A stretch of DNA of 64,000 nucleotides, taken from assembly GCA_002269645.1 (NCBI GenBank), contig NIVC01001424.1:228062-292061 (forward strand), written 5' to 3'. Below the pieces are notes generated by a model. The model made no database searches. It was not told the DNA's origin and saw only the letters and a program-made list of their open reading frames with translations. Positions 1 through 11,543 of the stretch are shown here, piece after piece; the first letter of the stretch is position 1; each line of letters begins with the position of its first letter. The position numbers were made by a program, and so were the translations under genes. Source of the stretch: Macrostomum lignano. Its lineage: Eukaryota.

Positions 1-122
1 GTACTCTAAGTGACTATAGGCCGATCAAAGTACATTATTCCTTTCGATTGCTTATTTATTGTGTTTTGACCAGATTCTGATAGCGGTAAAGCAGATGTAG
101 AGGGATAGAAAGGATAGAGGAA

Positions 123-829
123 GAGATAAGTGTGAAAGAGGCAGAGATAAGTGGGATAGAGACAGAGATAAGTGGGATAGAGACAGAGATAAGTGGGATT
201 CAGACAGAGAGAAGTGGGATAGAGACAGAGAGAAGTGGGATAGAGGCAGAGATAAGTGGGATAGAGACAGAGATAAGTGGGATAGAGACAGAGATAAGTG
301 GGATAGAGACAGAGATAAGTGGAACAGAGACAGAGATTAGTGGGATAGAGACAGAGATTAGTGGGATAGAGACAGATATAAGTGGGATAGAGGCAGAGAT
401 ACATGTAAGTGGGATAGAGGCAGAGATAAGGGGGATAGAGACAGAGATAAGGGGAGTAGATGTAGAGATAAGTGGGATAGAGACAGAGATAAGGGGAAAG
501 AGACAGAGATAAGTGGGATAGAGACAGAGATTAGTGGGATAGAGACAGAGATTAGTGGGATAGAGACAGAGATTAGTGGGATAGAGGCAGAGATTAGTGG
601 GATAGAGGCAGAGATAAGGGGGATAGAGACAGAGATAAGTGGGATAGAGACAGAGATAAGTGGGATAGAGGCAGAGAGAAGTGGGATAGAGACAGAGATA
701 AGTGGGATAGAGACAGAGAGAAGTGGGATAGAGACAGAGAGAAGTGGGACAGAGACAGAGAGAAGTGGGATAGAGACAGAGATAAGTGGGATAGAGACAG
801 AGAGAAGTGGGATAGAGACAGAGATAAGT
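123..829. repeat. 21-bp minisatellite (GAGATAAGTGGGATAGAGACA)n
   Basis: Tandem 21-bp unit read directly; it explains the SGIETEI and YLCLYPT ORFs. Confidence 0.95.
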
Positions 830-1479
830 ACTTACTTAAAGAACAGTTAGTTAACTTGTAAAATTAGGTAAAATTCAAGCATATAACTTTCTAGACATCA
901 AAGTGCAAACCAAAAAACAACATAGAAAAGTCAAATTTCTACAGATGTATGCGCATATATATATTTATACACAAACAATAAACATAACACAATAAATGAA
1001 CAGGTTAATTTTTGAGTAGTATAAACCCTGTCGCACAACGAGCAACGATCAGGCATCTTAAATGGGGAAAATGCTATACTCGAGAAAATTATTACAACAC
1101 AAAATATACCAGTAACACCTAAGCTAACTCCTGTTTTCACGATAAATTCATTGCAGATTTTAAATAAAAATAATATTAGCTTTTAAAAACTGCATGCACG
1201 AACCATACTACTGACTAGGAGAGATTGCAGAAAAGTTCAGGCATATTTTTATTTATACAAGCAAGCTGTTGAAAACGTCTGAGATTTCAAAATAACAAGG
1301 TTAAACACTAACTAATTATACAATAAGTGCAATATGCAGATATTTTCATAAATATTTTCACCGACAGGTTTAACGAGTCAAAACAAAGGAGATTTCGATA
1401 ATCCATCAATTAAGTACTTTTCGTTACTTTTTTTACCCAGAAGACTAGAATGATACTCTTGACAATATCGCAGTTTGAT

Positions 1480-1950
1480 GGGGTGGGTGGGGCAGGTGTG
1501 TACATTGGGGGGTGGGGCGGGTGTGTACATTGGGGGTGGGGCGGGTGTGTACATTGGGGGTGGGTGGGTGTGTACATTGGGGGTGGGGCGGGTGTGTACA
1601 TTGGGGGTGGGTGGGTATGTACATTGGGGGTGGGGCGGGTGTGTACATTGGGGGTGGGCGGGTGTGTACATTGGGGGGTGGGGCTGGTGTGTACATTGGG
1701 GTGGAGCGGATGTGTACATTGGGGGGTGGGGCGGGTGTGTACATTGGGGGTGGGGCAGGTGAGTACATTGGTGGTGGGGCGGGTGTGTAAATTGGGGTGG
1801 TGGGGCGGGTGTGTACTTTAGGGGTGGGTGGGGCGGTGTGTACATTGGGGTGGGTGGGGCGGGTGTGTACATAGGGGTGGGTGAGGTGTGTACATTGGGG
1901 TGGGTGGGGCGGGTGTGTGCATAGGGGTGGGTGAGGTGTGTACATTGGAT
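1480..1950. repeat. G-rich ~23-25-bp minisatellite (GGGTGTGTACATTGGGGGTGGGGC)n
   Basis: Tandem unit with a TGTACA core and G-runs. Confidence 0.95.
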
Positions 1951-2587
1951 ATGACAGTAATAAGTACGCAAAATAGGGAGCTAAAAGCTAACGGATAAAA
2001 TAATTCACTTATCATTAAAAATCGAATCGAATTCAAATAATTACACCAGCCAAAAACAGTGCAATGTTCCAGAAAAAAGCCTAAAAAACTCCAGTTCAAA
2101 TGAAATCGCAACAGACCAATGCAACCGCAAGGGCCAAAGTTCATTTAAGACTTCATGTACCCTCATTTAAAACTCGAGTGTCAAAAGAACCGAGCCGTGC
2201 CTGAGAGACTAAAAATGTACTGTTAAAGCACAACACTTAGTATAATAGTAATTATTATTAATCAGGTAACAAAACTACACATAAACTACAGCGCTAAGCA
2301 AAATCACAATTTTTATTTGCTGTCAACATGTTTATAAACTTATGAATACACGCGAAGACCTACTTACAACACATGAGAGTAGTAGTAATAATAGCATTTG
2401 TCGACCTTTTCTTTGCATTATTCTTGAATAAAAATACATACTTAAACAACGGGGTGAAGGGGGAAGACGACTCTAGTCTAAAGCACTGCTCAGCGGGGTT
2501 CGCGACATCTTCATTCATAAAGCAATATTGCCCCACAAACTTTGAATTCTGACAATTAACCTGACGCCTTCTGACTTTTTTGAACTT

Positions 2588-2896
2588 GGCTCTATCTGAC
2601 AAATCTAACTTGGCTCTATCTGACAAATCTAACTTGGCGCCATCTGACAAATCGACTTGGCGCCATCTGACAAATCTAACATGGCGCCATCTGAGAAATC
2701 TAAATTGGGCGCCATCTGACAAATCTAACTTGGCGCCGTCTGACAAATCTAAATTGGCGCCATCTGACAAATCCAACTTGTCGCTATCTGACAAATCGAA
2801 TTGGCGCCATCTGACAAATCCAACTTGACGCCATTTCACAAATAATTTAGCGCCATTAGACAAATCTGACAAATCTGATTTGGCGCCATCTGACAA
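2588..2896. repeat. 24-bp minisatellite (ATCTGACAAATCTAACTTGGCGCC)n, probably in the MAP2K7 3' UTR
   Basis: Tandem unit starting ~65 nt past the MKK7 stop; candidate minus-strand AATAAA at 2312-2317. Confidence 0.9.
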
Positions 2897-2961
2897 CCAG
2901 TTGAACTCTCAAACGCGAACCCCGCTGAGACAGCGGTAAACAAGCAGCTGATGAGAACAGG

Positions 2962-3475
2962 TTAAAATGGCAGCAGAGGCGACTCAGGCGTTGAGTACTG
3001 AGCCTGCTGAGAGTGATGAAGCCTAGGCGGAGGCTGCGGCAGCTGCTGGTGCTGCTGACAGCCAGCCGGTTTCGGAGCGCTGGGCGACCGGCTCTGCAGG
3101 GAGGACGGCGAGCTGTTGTCCACCGAGCCGTAGCCCGAGCTCGAGCCCTGCGACCCGGCAGACAGCTGACGATGGCGACGGAAAGCCGCGCTGCTGGAGG
3201 CCGAACTCCCGGCCGCTGTAGCCGCCGCCGCCGCCGCCGGGGCAGCCGCAGCCGCACCTCCAGCCGCCGCTACTCCGGCGGCACTTCCGGCTCCGCTACT
3301 TCCGGAACTGCTTCCACCGCCGGTGCTTCCGCTTGGCGAGGCCAGGCCCGGACAGCGGATTCGAACCTCGGCCAGCCAGTCGGCCAGATCCGTCTGAGTC
3401 TGCTCGTGATATTTGATGAAGTCGTGGCCGAGCAGCCGCTGGTACTTCGGCCGCAGACTCACGTCCTTGGTTAGG
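2962..3475 (-). CDS. MAP2K7: MAP kinase kinase 7, exon 5 (kinase C-terminus plus low-complexity tail)
   Basis: Acceptor CACAG at 3480-3476; C-LTKDVSLRPKYQRLLGHDFI resembles MKK7 CLTKDHRKRPKYNKLLEHSFI; TAA at 2964-2962. Confidence 0.9.
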
Positions 3476-3639
3476 CTGTGAAAGGATTATTTTTTGCGAA
3501 TGGGAAAATATACCGATATGTATCGAAAAAATTATAACCTAGCATAAAAAATGAAGGAAATACTTGTACCAAATAAATGAAAGAATTAAAATCGCTTGGG
3601 TAACAAACGCCCCATACATAGAAAAATCTTAGCGATGCG

Positions 3640-3955
3640 GATGATAATTTGGCGCCAATTTAGCGCCGAGGATGAGACTTTGGCGCCAATTTCAGACTTT
3701 AGGGCCAATTTAGCACAGCAGATGATATTTTGGCGACAATTTATGACTTTAGCGCCGCAGATTTTTTGGCGCTAATTTAGCGCCAAGGATGAGATTTTAG
3801 CGCCAAGGATGAGATTTTAGCGCCAATTTCAGACTTTATGTCCAATTTAGCGCCGCAAATAATATTTTGGCGCCAATTTTGCGCTGCGGAGGAGACTTTG
3901 GCGCCAATTTAGCGCCGAAGATGATATTCTGGCGTATACTTTCGCGCCAATTTAA
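3640..3955. repeat. Degenerate TTTAGCGCC/TTGGCGCCAAT repeat
   Basis: Recurrent GGCGCC/AGCGCC cores with irregular spacing. Confidence 0.75.
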
Positions 3956-3959
3956 CAGG

Positions 3960-4250
3960 AGTCGCTAAAAAGTCATTGCAAACAACTTGCTACTGACTCT
4001 ATGCAACGGAGAGGCGACCGTTAAGTCGCAAAAAAGTCGTCCCAAGAGAGGTTGTGTTAGCTGTCAACTTTCTACCAACTCCAGTAGAGTAAATAGAGGT
4101 GTTATAGATGCAAAATGCGATTCAAATTCAGTGATTCTTCAGTGTCTCTACGATCCCAGAGTCGTTTCCGAGTCGCAGACAATCGAAACGCCTCAAATTG
4201 ATTCTTAGGCAACTCTTTGACGATTTTAGAGCCGTCTAGAAGAAAATAAA
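3960..4250 (+). repeat. Dispersed repeat, diverged paralog of 58305-58675
   Basis: Shared blocks such as AACTTTCTAC(C/T)AACTC(C/A)AGTAGA..AAATAGAG(G/T)TGTTATA(G/A)ATGCAAAATGCGA. Confidence 0.7.
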
Positions 4251-4779
4251 GTCAGGGCCGTCCTCGACAAGCACTTGAGGACTAATAAGAGCAATTACTG
4301 TTCACACAGGAAGCAAAAAAAGAGAGCCAAAAAGAGAAGCTGGTCGACTTTGTGCTTAAAAAAACGGCAGTGCAAGTCAAAGGGCTGAAAATTGAGGTTT
4401 GAGATTCGCGAACGGACAGGAAAGTCAGGAATGTTCCTCATGGTTTGCTCCGGGGAAATTCCAAATCAAAACTGCAGTGCAGCAGAACAGGCAGAAGGTT
4501 TAGACAGGCTAAAAATAGACTTACTCGAGTATCCTGCGATTTTGATAGAGACAAAAAATGCTTCTGTTTTTTCTATTCGAGCCTAAGAAGCTTAAGAATT
4601 AGCAGGGTGGGAGCTCTGGATTAGCTGTGCGAATATCCGCAATATTAATGGGAAACAAGACCCGACCGAGGAGAAAAATTACAATCGTTTAGAAAGTACA
4701 CGCGTACTCAATAGAGTGCAAAGAAGTACTTGATTAAAATAAGCCTTGTATATTTTTTAGAGGTACACGCGTACTGCAA

Positions 4780-5310
4780 ATTCGCAATCCTACTTAGGTA
4801 AATGGCTTATGTACTAAACGTAATTGGTACTCAGGTACCTGTGTACTAAGAAGTACAGGCGCATTTGAAGAGACAATGCGTACTTAGGCAGTGATTACTA
4901 AGGTACATTTGTACTTTGGTACATGCGTACTTAGGTTCATACGTACTTAAATTTATGTTTACTCATGTACATGCGGACTTAGGTACAAGCGTCCATGAGC
5001 ACTTAGGTACATGCATATCTAGGTACCTGCGTACTTAGGTGCATGCGTACTTAAGTTTGAGGGGGCTTAGGTACCTGCGTACTTAAGTTTGTGCGGACTT
5101 AGGTACCTGCATACTTAGGTGCAAGCGTACTAAGGTCAATGAGCACTTAGGTACATGCATACTTAGGTGCATGCGTACCTAGGTACATGCGTACTTAGGT
5201 ACATGCTTACTTAGGTCCACGCGTACTTGAATTGATGCATACTTAGGTACATGCGTACTTAGGTACATGCGTACTTAGGTACATGCGTACTTAGGTTCAT
5301 GCGTACTTGT
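4780..5310. repeat. Degenerate ~16-bp repeat (ACTTAGGTACATGCGT)n in MAP2K7 intron 4
   Basis: GTAC-rich tandem units ending ~35 nt from the donor at 5348. Confidence 0.85.
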
Positions 5311-5348
5311 CGCGTATTCAAGATGTAAGCAGGGAAACGCGCACTCAC

Positions 5349-5728
5349 CAGCGAGCTACAAACTCTCGAAAATGATCGGTAAATCCGGTCAGAGGCAGCT
5401 GCGGCGGCGGCTCGTCAACAATCCTTGTGAGCATCTCCATCTCGGTGGCGCAGTCGGCCAGCGGGTGCCGGCCGGTGGCCAGCTCCACCAGGCTGATGCC
5501 CAGGGACCAAACGTCCGACCGGATATCGTAGGGCGCGGCCAGAGTGATCCGCTCGGGCGACAGGTAGGCCGTGCAGCCGGCGGTTCGAGTCTTGGCCCGC
5601 GAGTCCTCCAGCAGGCCGGAGATGCCAAAGTCGCAGAGTTTCACTCGGCCAGATTCGCTTAGCAGCATGTTGGACGGCTTCACGTCGCGGTGGATGATAT
5701 TGTGCCGCTCCTTCAGGTAGTGCAGAGC
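5349..5728 (-). CDS. MAP2K7: MAP kinase kinase 7, exon 4 (HRDVKPSN, DFG, SRAKT activation loop)
   Basis: ALHYLKERHNIIHRDVKPSNMLL..KLCDFGISGLLEDSRAKTRTAGC; AG acceptor and GTGAGT donor; 380 nt, phase 0 to 2. Confidence 0.97.
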
Positions 5729-5944
5729 CTGCAGGCGGTGAGAAAATAGCTTAATCATGAGAGGATTTCTACAGCTTCTATGGATATCTGGAGATCTGGG
5801 AAATGCATTAGCTAGTAGATAAAAACACACGAAGGCTTCCCTAAAAGCTCATTGAGTTGCTTGTGTGAGCTGAAGGAGCAACGGGTTAAAATTAGTAGGT
5901 CTAAATAGTACAGTACTGGCTACCACATCGCTGAAAGTATTAAT

Positions 5945-6462
5945 TCAGTTATCCTTAATCCCAAATAACAGTCCCCGAAAAATCCCATCTCATCTCATCT
6001 CATTATCCCAAAGCCCACCTCAGTTGCCACAAATCCCAAACGACAGTCACAGAAAAATCTCATCTCAGTTATCCTCAAATCCCATCTCAATTATCGCCAA
6101 ATCCCAAATAACAGCCACTGAAAAATCCCATCTCAGTTATCCCAAATCCCAAACGACAGTCACTGAAAAATCCAATCTCAGTTATCCCAAATCCCAAATG
6201 ATAGTCACAGAAAAATCCAATCTCAGTTATCCCAAATCCCAAAGGGCAGTTACAGAAAAATCCCATCTCAGTTATCCCAAATCCCAAACGACAGTCACAG
6301 AAAAATCCAATCTCAGTTATCCCAAATCCCAAAGGGCAGTTACAGAAAAATCCCATCTCAGTTATCCCAAATCCCAAAACGACAGTCACAGAAAAATCCC
6401 ATCTCAGTTATCCCAAATCCCAAAAGACAGTCACAGAAAAATCCTATCTCAATTATCCCACA
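5945..6462. repeat. 45-bp minisatellite in MAP2K7 intron 3
   Basis: (CAGTTATCCCAAATCCCAAACGACAGTCACAGAAAAATCCCATCT)n; 15-aa period in the ORF track. Confidence 0.92.
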
Positions 6463-6476
6463 GAACCGCAGCTCAC

Positions 6477-6903
6477 CTTGAGAATTGGCACCACAATTTT
6501 GCCCAGAATCCTCTCAGGCAGCGCTCCGGCATGCCGCATCAGCCGGTCCAAACAGGTGGCCATCAGCTCCATGCAGACCCACACCTCCGACGGGAATATG
6601 AACACGCCGAAGCAGCGAACAATGTGCCGGCAATCGTGACACTTGGTCACCACCTCCAGGTCCATGATCACTCGCTTGTTCTCCTCTGCATTATTGCCCG
6701 TCCGCCGCATCACCTTCACGGCCATCTGGCGGCCGCACTGCTTCAGCCTGGCCCGCGACACCACGCCGCAGATGCCCTGGCCAAGCTCGCATTCCAGCTG
6801 GATGTCATCACGCTGGCAGCTGATGGTGGGCCCGCCGGGGTCAAGGGTCAGCTGGCCGCTCTTCTTCAGCATCTCCTCGTAGCGCCGGTGCACCTGGTCC
6901 TCT
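6477..6903 (-). CDS. MAP2K7: MAP kinase kinase 7, exon 3 (kinase N-lobe)
   Basis: LGQGICGVV..AVKVMRRTGNNAEENKRVIMDLEVV..CMELMATCLD..PERILGK matches MKK7; 427 nt, phase 2 to 0. Confidence 0.97.
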
Positions 6904-7004
6904 CTGCAGGTTGAGCGTGGGTTGGCGGCGATAGATGCGAAATTAATAACAAAGACATGGAGAGAGAGTTAGTAGCTTAATAAAGACTGTTTGTTGAACG
7001 ACGA

Positions 7005-7560
7005 CCCAGTGAAGCCGAGCAGAACAAAGACCCAATGGTGATAGCAATGGTAGCTGAATAAAGACTCGATGATAGCAATGGTAGCTGAACAAGACCCAGT
7101 GGTGATAGCAATGGTAGCTGAACAAAGACCCGGTGGTGATAGCAATGGTAGCTGAACAAGACCCAGTGGTCAAAGCAATGGTAGCTGAACAAAGACCCGA
7201 AGATTAGCAGTGGTAGCTGAACAAAGACCCGGTGGTGATAGCAATGGTAGCTGAACAAAGACCCGGTGGTGATAGCAATGGTAGCTGAACAAGACCCAGT
7301 GGTGATAGCAATGGTAGCTGAACAAAGACCCGGTGGTGATAGCAATGGTAGCTGAACAAGACCAGTGGTCAAAGCAATGGTAGCTGAACAAAGACCCGAA
7401 GATTAGCAATGGTAGCTGAACAAAGACCCGGTGGTGATAGGAATGGTAGCTGAACAAAGACCCGGTGGTAATAGCAATGGTAGCTGAACAAAGACCCGAA
7501 GATTAGCAATGGTAGCTGAACAAAGACCCGGTGGTAATAGCAATGGTAGCTGAACAAAGA
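7005..7560. repeat. 33-34-bp minisatellite in MAP2K7 intron 2
   Basis: (GATAGCAATGGTAGCTGAACAAAGACCCGGTGGT)n. Confidence 0.93.
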
Positions 7561-8139
7561 CCTGAACACAAAAATCAGAATTGAAGATTTTAAACCAATA
7601 CAAAGCCAGTTAGAATGCACTATACAATACGCGAGGCATGAGACACGGAGAGAGGCGAGGCGTCATTCAGAGAAAGTGCATCTCAACAGGAGCCGTGGCA
7701 GCATCGATACTGACTCGAAGGCAAGAGACCCTGAGGCACCGTAATCAGTCGCGCACTAAGAGCCTGGCTCTCGTCACGCGCTATGCAACTCGGGAGGATA
7801 AACGCACTAGCAGGGTATTAATTTCTCCCCCCGTACCCCTCCTGCAGCTGCCTAATTGCAAACCTAGCTGAGAGGGGGGGCGTGACCCAGGCTTCAGCCT
7901 TGAGGCCTAATCGCAAAGTCTCACCCCCTTTTCCATCTCTCACGGCAACCCCTACCGAGCAGGGATGCCTTACTGTTTTATCATCATCATCGTGGAATCT
8001 AATTATTGCGAGGCCGTACTAAGACTTTCCTGATTGAGACTATTTTTATATTCTCAAGTTAAGTACTAGCGATGCTTGAATAAGTCAGCTTCTCAACTGT
8101 TGCCTGAGACTTCATGCAAGCCAGATGAGTTCAGTACAC

Positions 8140-9052
8140 TCGATTATCTCTCTTCATCGCTCGTATCTCACTCTCAGCGTCACTCTTATCTCACTCTCAG
8201 CGTCGTTCTTATCTCACCCTCTGCATCGCTCTTATCTCACTCTCAGCGTCACTCTTATCTCACTCTCTGCATCGCTCTTATCTCACTCTCTGCATCGCTC
8301 TTATCTCTCTCTCTGCATCGCTCTTATCTCACTCTCTGCATCGCTCTTATCTCTCTCTCTCTGCATCGCTCTTATCTCACTCTCTGCATCGCTCTTATCT
8401 CTCTCTCTGCATCGCTCTTATCTCACCCTCTGCATCGCTATTATCTCACTCTCAGCATCGCTCTTATCTCCCTCTCTGCATCGCTCTTAACTCTCTCTCT
8501 GCATCGCTCTTATCTCTCTCTCTGCATCGCTCTTATCTCACTCTCTGCATCGCTCTTATCTCACTCTCTGCATCGCTCTTATCTCACTCTCTGCATCGCT
8601 CTTATCTCACTCTCTGCAGCGCTCTTATCTCACTCTCAGCGTCACTCTTATCTCACTCTCTGCATTGCTCTTATCTCACTCTCTGCATCGCTCTTATCTC
8701 ACTCTCTGCATCGCTCTTATCTCACTCTCTGCATCGCTCTTATCTCACTCTCTGCATCGCTCTTAACTCTCTCTCTGCATCGCTCTTATCTCTCTCTCTG
8801 CATCGCTCTTATCTCACTCTCTGCATCGCTCTTATCTCACTCTCTGCATCGATCTTATCTCACTCTCTGCATCGCTCTTATCTCACTCTCTGCATCGCTC
8901 TTATCTCACTCTCAGCGTCACTCTTATCTCACTCTCTGCATTGCTCTTATCTCACTCTATGCATCGCTCTTATCTCACTCTCTGCATCGATCTTATCTCA
9001 CTCTCTGCATCGCTCTTATCTCACTCTCTGCATCGCTCTTATCTCACTCTCT
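8140..9052. repeat. 23-bp pyrimidine-rich minisatellite in MAP2K7 intron 2
   Basis: (CTCTGCATCGCTCTTATCTCACT)n. Confidence 0.95.
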
Positions 9053-9111
9053 CATTCACTCCCTTTAATCTAATTTATCACTTAGAAAAGGAAATAGTGA
9101 AAGTAACTCAC

Positions 9112-9244
9112 GGACTAAATTGTACAGAATGAGCAGATGAGGGCGACGGCGTGTACTGCTGCTGCGGCAGGTCAATGGACACTGGCACGGGAAGCATGCG
9201 GCGTCGACCAAGTGGTGGTTCAGATCCAGTGCGCAGTGGCAGAG
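9112..9244 (-). CDS. MAP2K7: MAP kinase kinase 7, exon 2 (docking-site region)
   Basis: AAACAG acceptor, GTGAGT donor; 133 nt, phase 1 to 2 links exons 1 and 3 in frame; LPLRTGSEPPLGRRRMLPVPVSIDL. Confidence 0.8.
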
Positions 9245-10300
9245 CTGTTTAAAAATTAATTATAGCCATTTTTTAGAAATTTTGTAGCAAAATAGAAATT
9301 TGATGACATACAGGAAAGTAAGTATTTTGATACCTGACATTCATTTCTTAATTGTCAAAAAAGAACAAGAAATCATATTTTGTTTCTTTTTTCTTGTTTA
9401 AAACAATTTTATTTAAAGCAATCACTTTAATCAGTTATCTGTAATGTTTTGTCATTGTAAAAGAAGCCAACAAATATTTACCCAAATGAAAAATACCCAA
9501 AACTACCTAAAATTGCTGCTACTCTTGTCTTAAAAGCTGTTAAATGACCTTATAATTGATTATACATGCCCTAAGAAAATGACAAGAAGTTTTCATACTC
9601 AATTGAATTCTAAAAAGAGCAAAAAATTAAGAATAACAAATTTTTGTTTATAAAATTAAAAATTGTTTTAAACAATCATATAGAACTACTTAGAATGCCA
9701 ACGCCACTCACTATCAGTTTTGGATTATAATCATATTGAATTTAAAGACAGTATAAAATTATCATGAAAAATAAATACTTCTTGCATAGTTTAATAAGAG
9801 GAATGCAATGCTTAGTTATCTATTAGATAAATTTTAGGAAATGTATTAGCAAAAAAACAAAGAAAAAATAGGAATTAAAAGATTCTACAAGGAGAAAACT
9901 CCAGCTTCATTTAACAAACTTCATAGTAGTTAGAATATATAAATTTGGGTTTTAAGATTAATATAGTTATTAAAATTAATTTAGGCCTATAGTCATAAAA
10001 TTAAGGATTAGCTTTATTGTTTGTTAAAAATATTTCACAATATAAAAAAACTTGCTAATGACATATTAAAAATATTTCTTATCTATTGTATTTTTAAAAA
10101 GCAATAATTTTGCACCCAAATATGCAGACCAATGAACTATGTAGGGCTAATGCATGCCAGAAAATTCTGGTATACAAGACACCTTCCTGATTATAAATAA
10201 TATGGTCATTTAAAATATTGTAAAAAAACAATTAAAAATAAGTACTAGGCTTTAATTTTGTTTTATTAAAAATAATATTAAAAATATAAAATGATCTTAC

Positions 10301-10586
10301 ATAGCTTTGCTGTTGGTCTTCGTGGGCCATCCTTCATTCCAGTAGATTGGGTAGAGCAATGACTAGGGAGAGGGAGTGCTCCTGGAGACAATGGACTACT
10401 TGTTTCTGTTTTTTGACCTTGATCAAACTTAAAATTTGATGATACAGAAACATGACGAGTGAATGTAGGAATGCCAGGTGAACTTCGTTGTCCAGCTTGT
10501 GGTGATTGTGAGAAATTTGGAGCTTTCTGATGACTTGATGCACCAAATATACCACCAAAAATAAAGTTATACTTGGCTGGCTCCAT
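10301..10586 (-). CDS. MAP2K7: MAP kinase kinase 7, exon 1
   Basis: ATG preceded by an in-frame TAA; GTAAGA donor in phase 1; splicing creates the D-site-like RRPTAKLSLPL (human MKK7 RPRPTLQLPL). Confidence 0.72.
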
Positions 10587-11273
10587 TTATGTTATGTAGA
10601 AGCTCTGCAAAGCGAAAAATAAATAACTGGCTTGCTTAAATGATGTTTTAATAAGGAACAGTGGTGAGTGGTTTCGTAGAGCTAATGCCGGCCTAGTAGA
10701 ATTTAATCGGTTTTTTAATTAAAGGTTGGGATCAGTGGAGACAGTACGAAATAAAATGAACAATATTAGCAAAAATAGTAATAGTAACCTATGCTATTAA
10801 ATGAAACCATAATCAAGAGATATTGCTCCGTTTTTCGCCTTTCTTCGAAACTTAAATCTTTGGCCGTATCAGGTCATTTAGGTTAATATTAAAGCGCAGC
10901 CGTAATAAGTTTGGTATAAGGATCAGAGCAGGTTAGAAAGAACTAAATATGGACAAATCAAATAATCATTTTACGTATACAAACAAAGTTTTCTAATAAA
11001 ATAAAAAGTTAACTCTTAAATTCTTCTCTTAGAAGTATTACAAGAAAAGCACTCTGTAATAACTCAAAAATAAGTATTGGCTTTAATAAATTAAAAAAAA
11101 TAACCCTCACTTCAAAAGCTGCCCTTTCTAGAAATTGCATGGCTTTTTAAATGTATCTTGTATCGTCAAATCAACTGGATTAGCAGCCAAAATTTTGTGA
11201 TCGTTAAGGTCATAACGACTCTAGCTTTAAATAATTCTGCAGTTTTTGTGATCGATAATTCTTTTAAGTGGAA

Positions 11274-11355
11274 ATGAAACTATATCAGCAGGTTTCAATT
11301 AAGTTATTTAATGCATCCTTTCAAACTTTGTTGGAATCGTTTGCTTCTCATGAAG
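11274..11355 (+). CDS. COMMD2: COMM domain protein 2, exon 1
   Basis: ATG..MKLYQQVSIKLFNASFQTLLESFASHE, G|GTAAGT donor, phase 1 fits exon 2. Confidence 0.6.
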
Positions 11356-11543
11356 GTAAGTTAGTAATTGGTAAACTGACTTAACCAATTTTAAGACTCA
11401 CAAAATTCCAAAAAATCTATTTAATTACAATTAAAAGTTGCTGAGTTTATTGACACATTTTCTGCCAAAGCTTTTATATAAAATAAAACATCAATTTGAA
11501 TTTGAAATAAAGACCATCATTTTAATTTTTTTTTTCATTTTAG

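Noticed and set aside
4-18. ACTCTAAGTGACTAT shared with ~28708
   Set aside because: A 15-bp match at the window edge is too short to define a feature
6-512. ORFs of 126-132 aa on both strands
   Set aside because: Translations of the 21-bp minisatellite; no domain and no splice context
1378-2144. Multiple Pro/His/Thr- and Gly/Val-rich ORFs
   Set aside because: All six frames are products of the G-rich tandem repeat
6024-6914. 296-aa plus-strand ORF
   Set aside because: Composite of the 45-bp repeat and the antisense of MKK7 exon 3
8076-9068. 330-aa Leu/Ser-rich ORF
   Set aside because: Stop-free translation of the 23-bp repeat within an MKK7 intron
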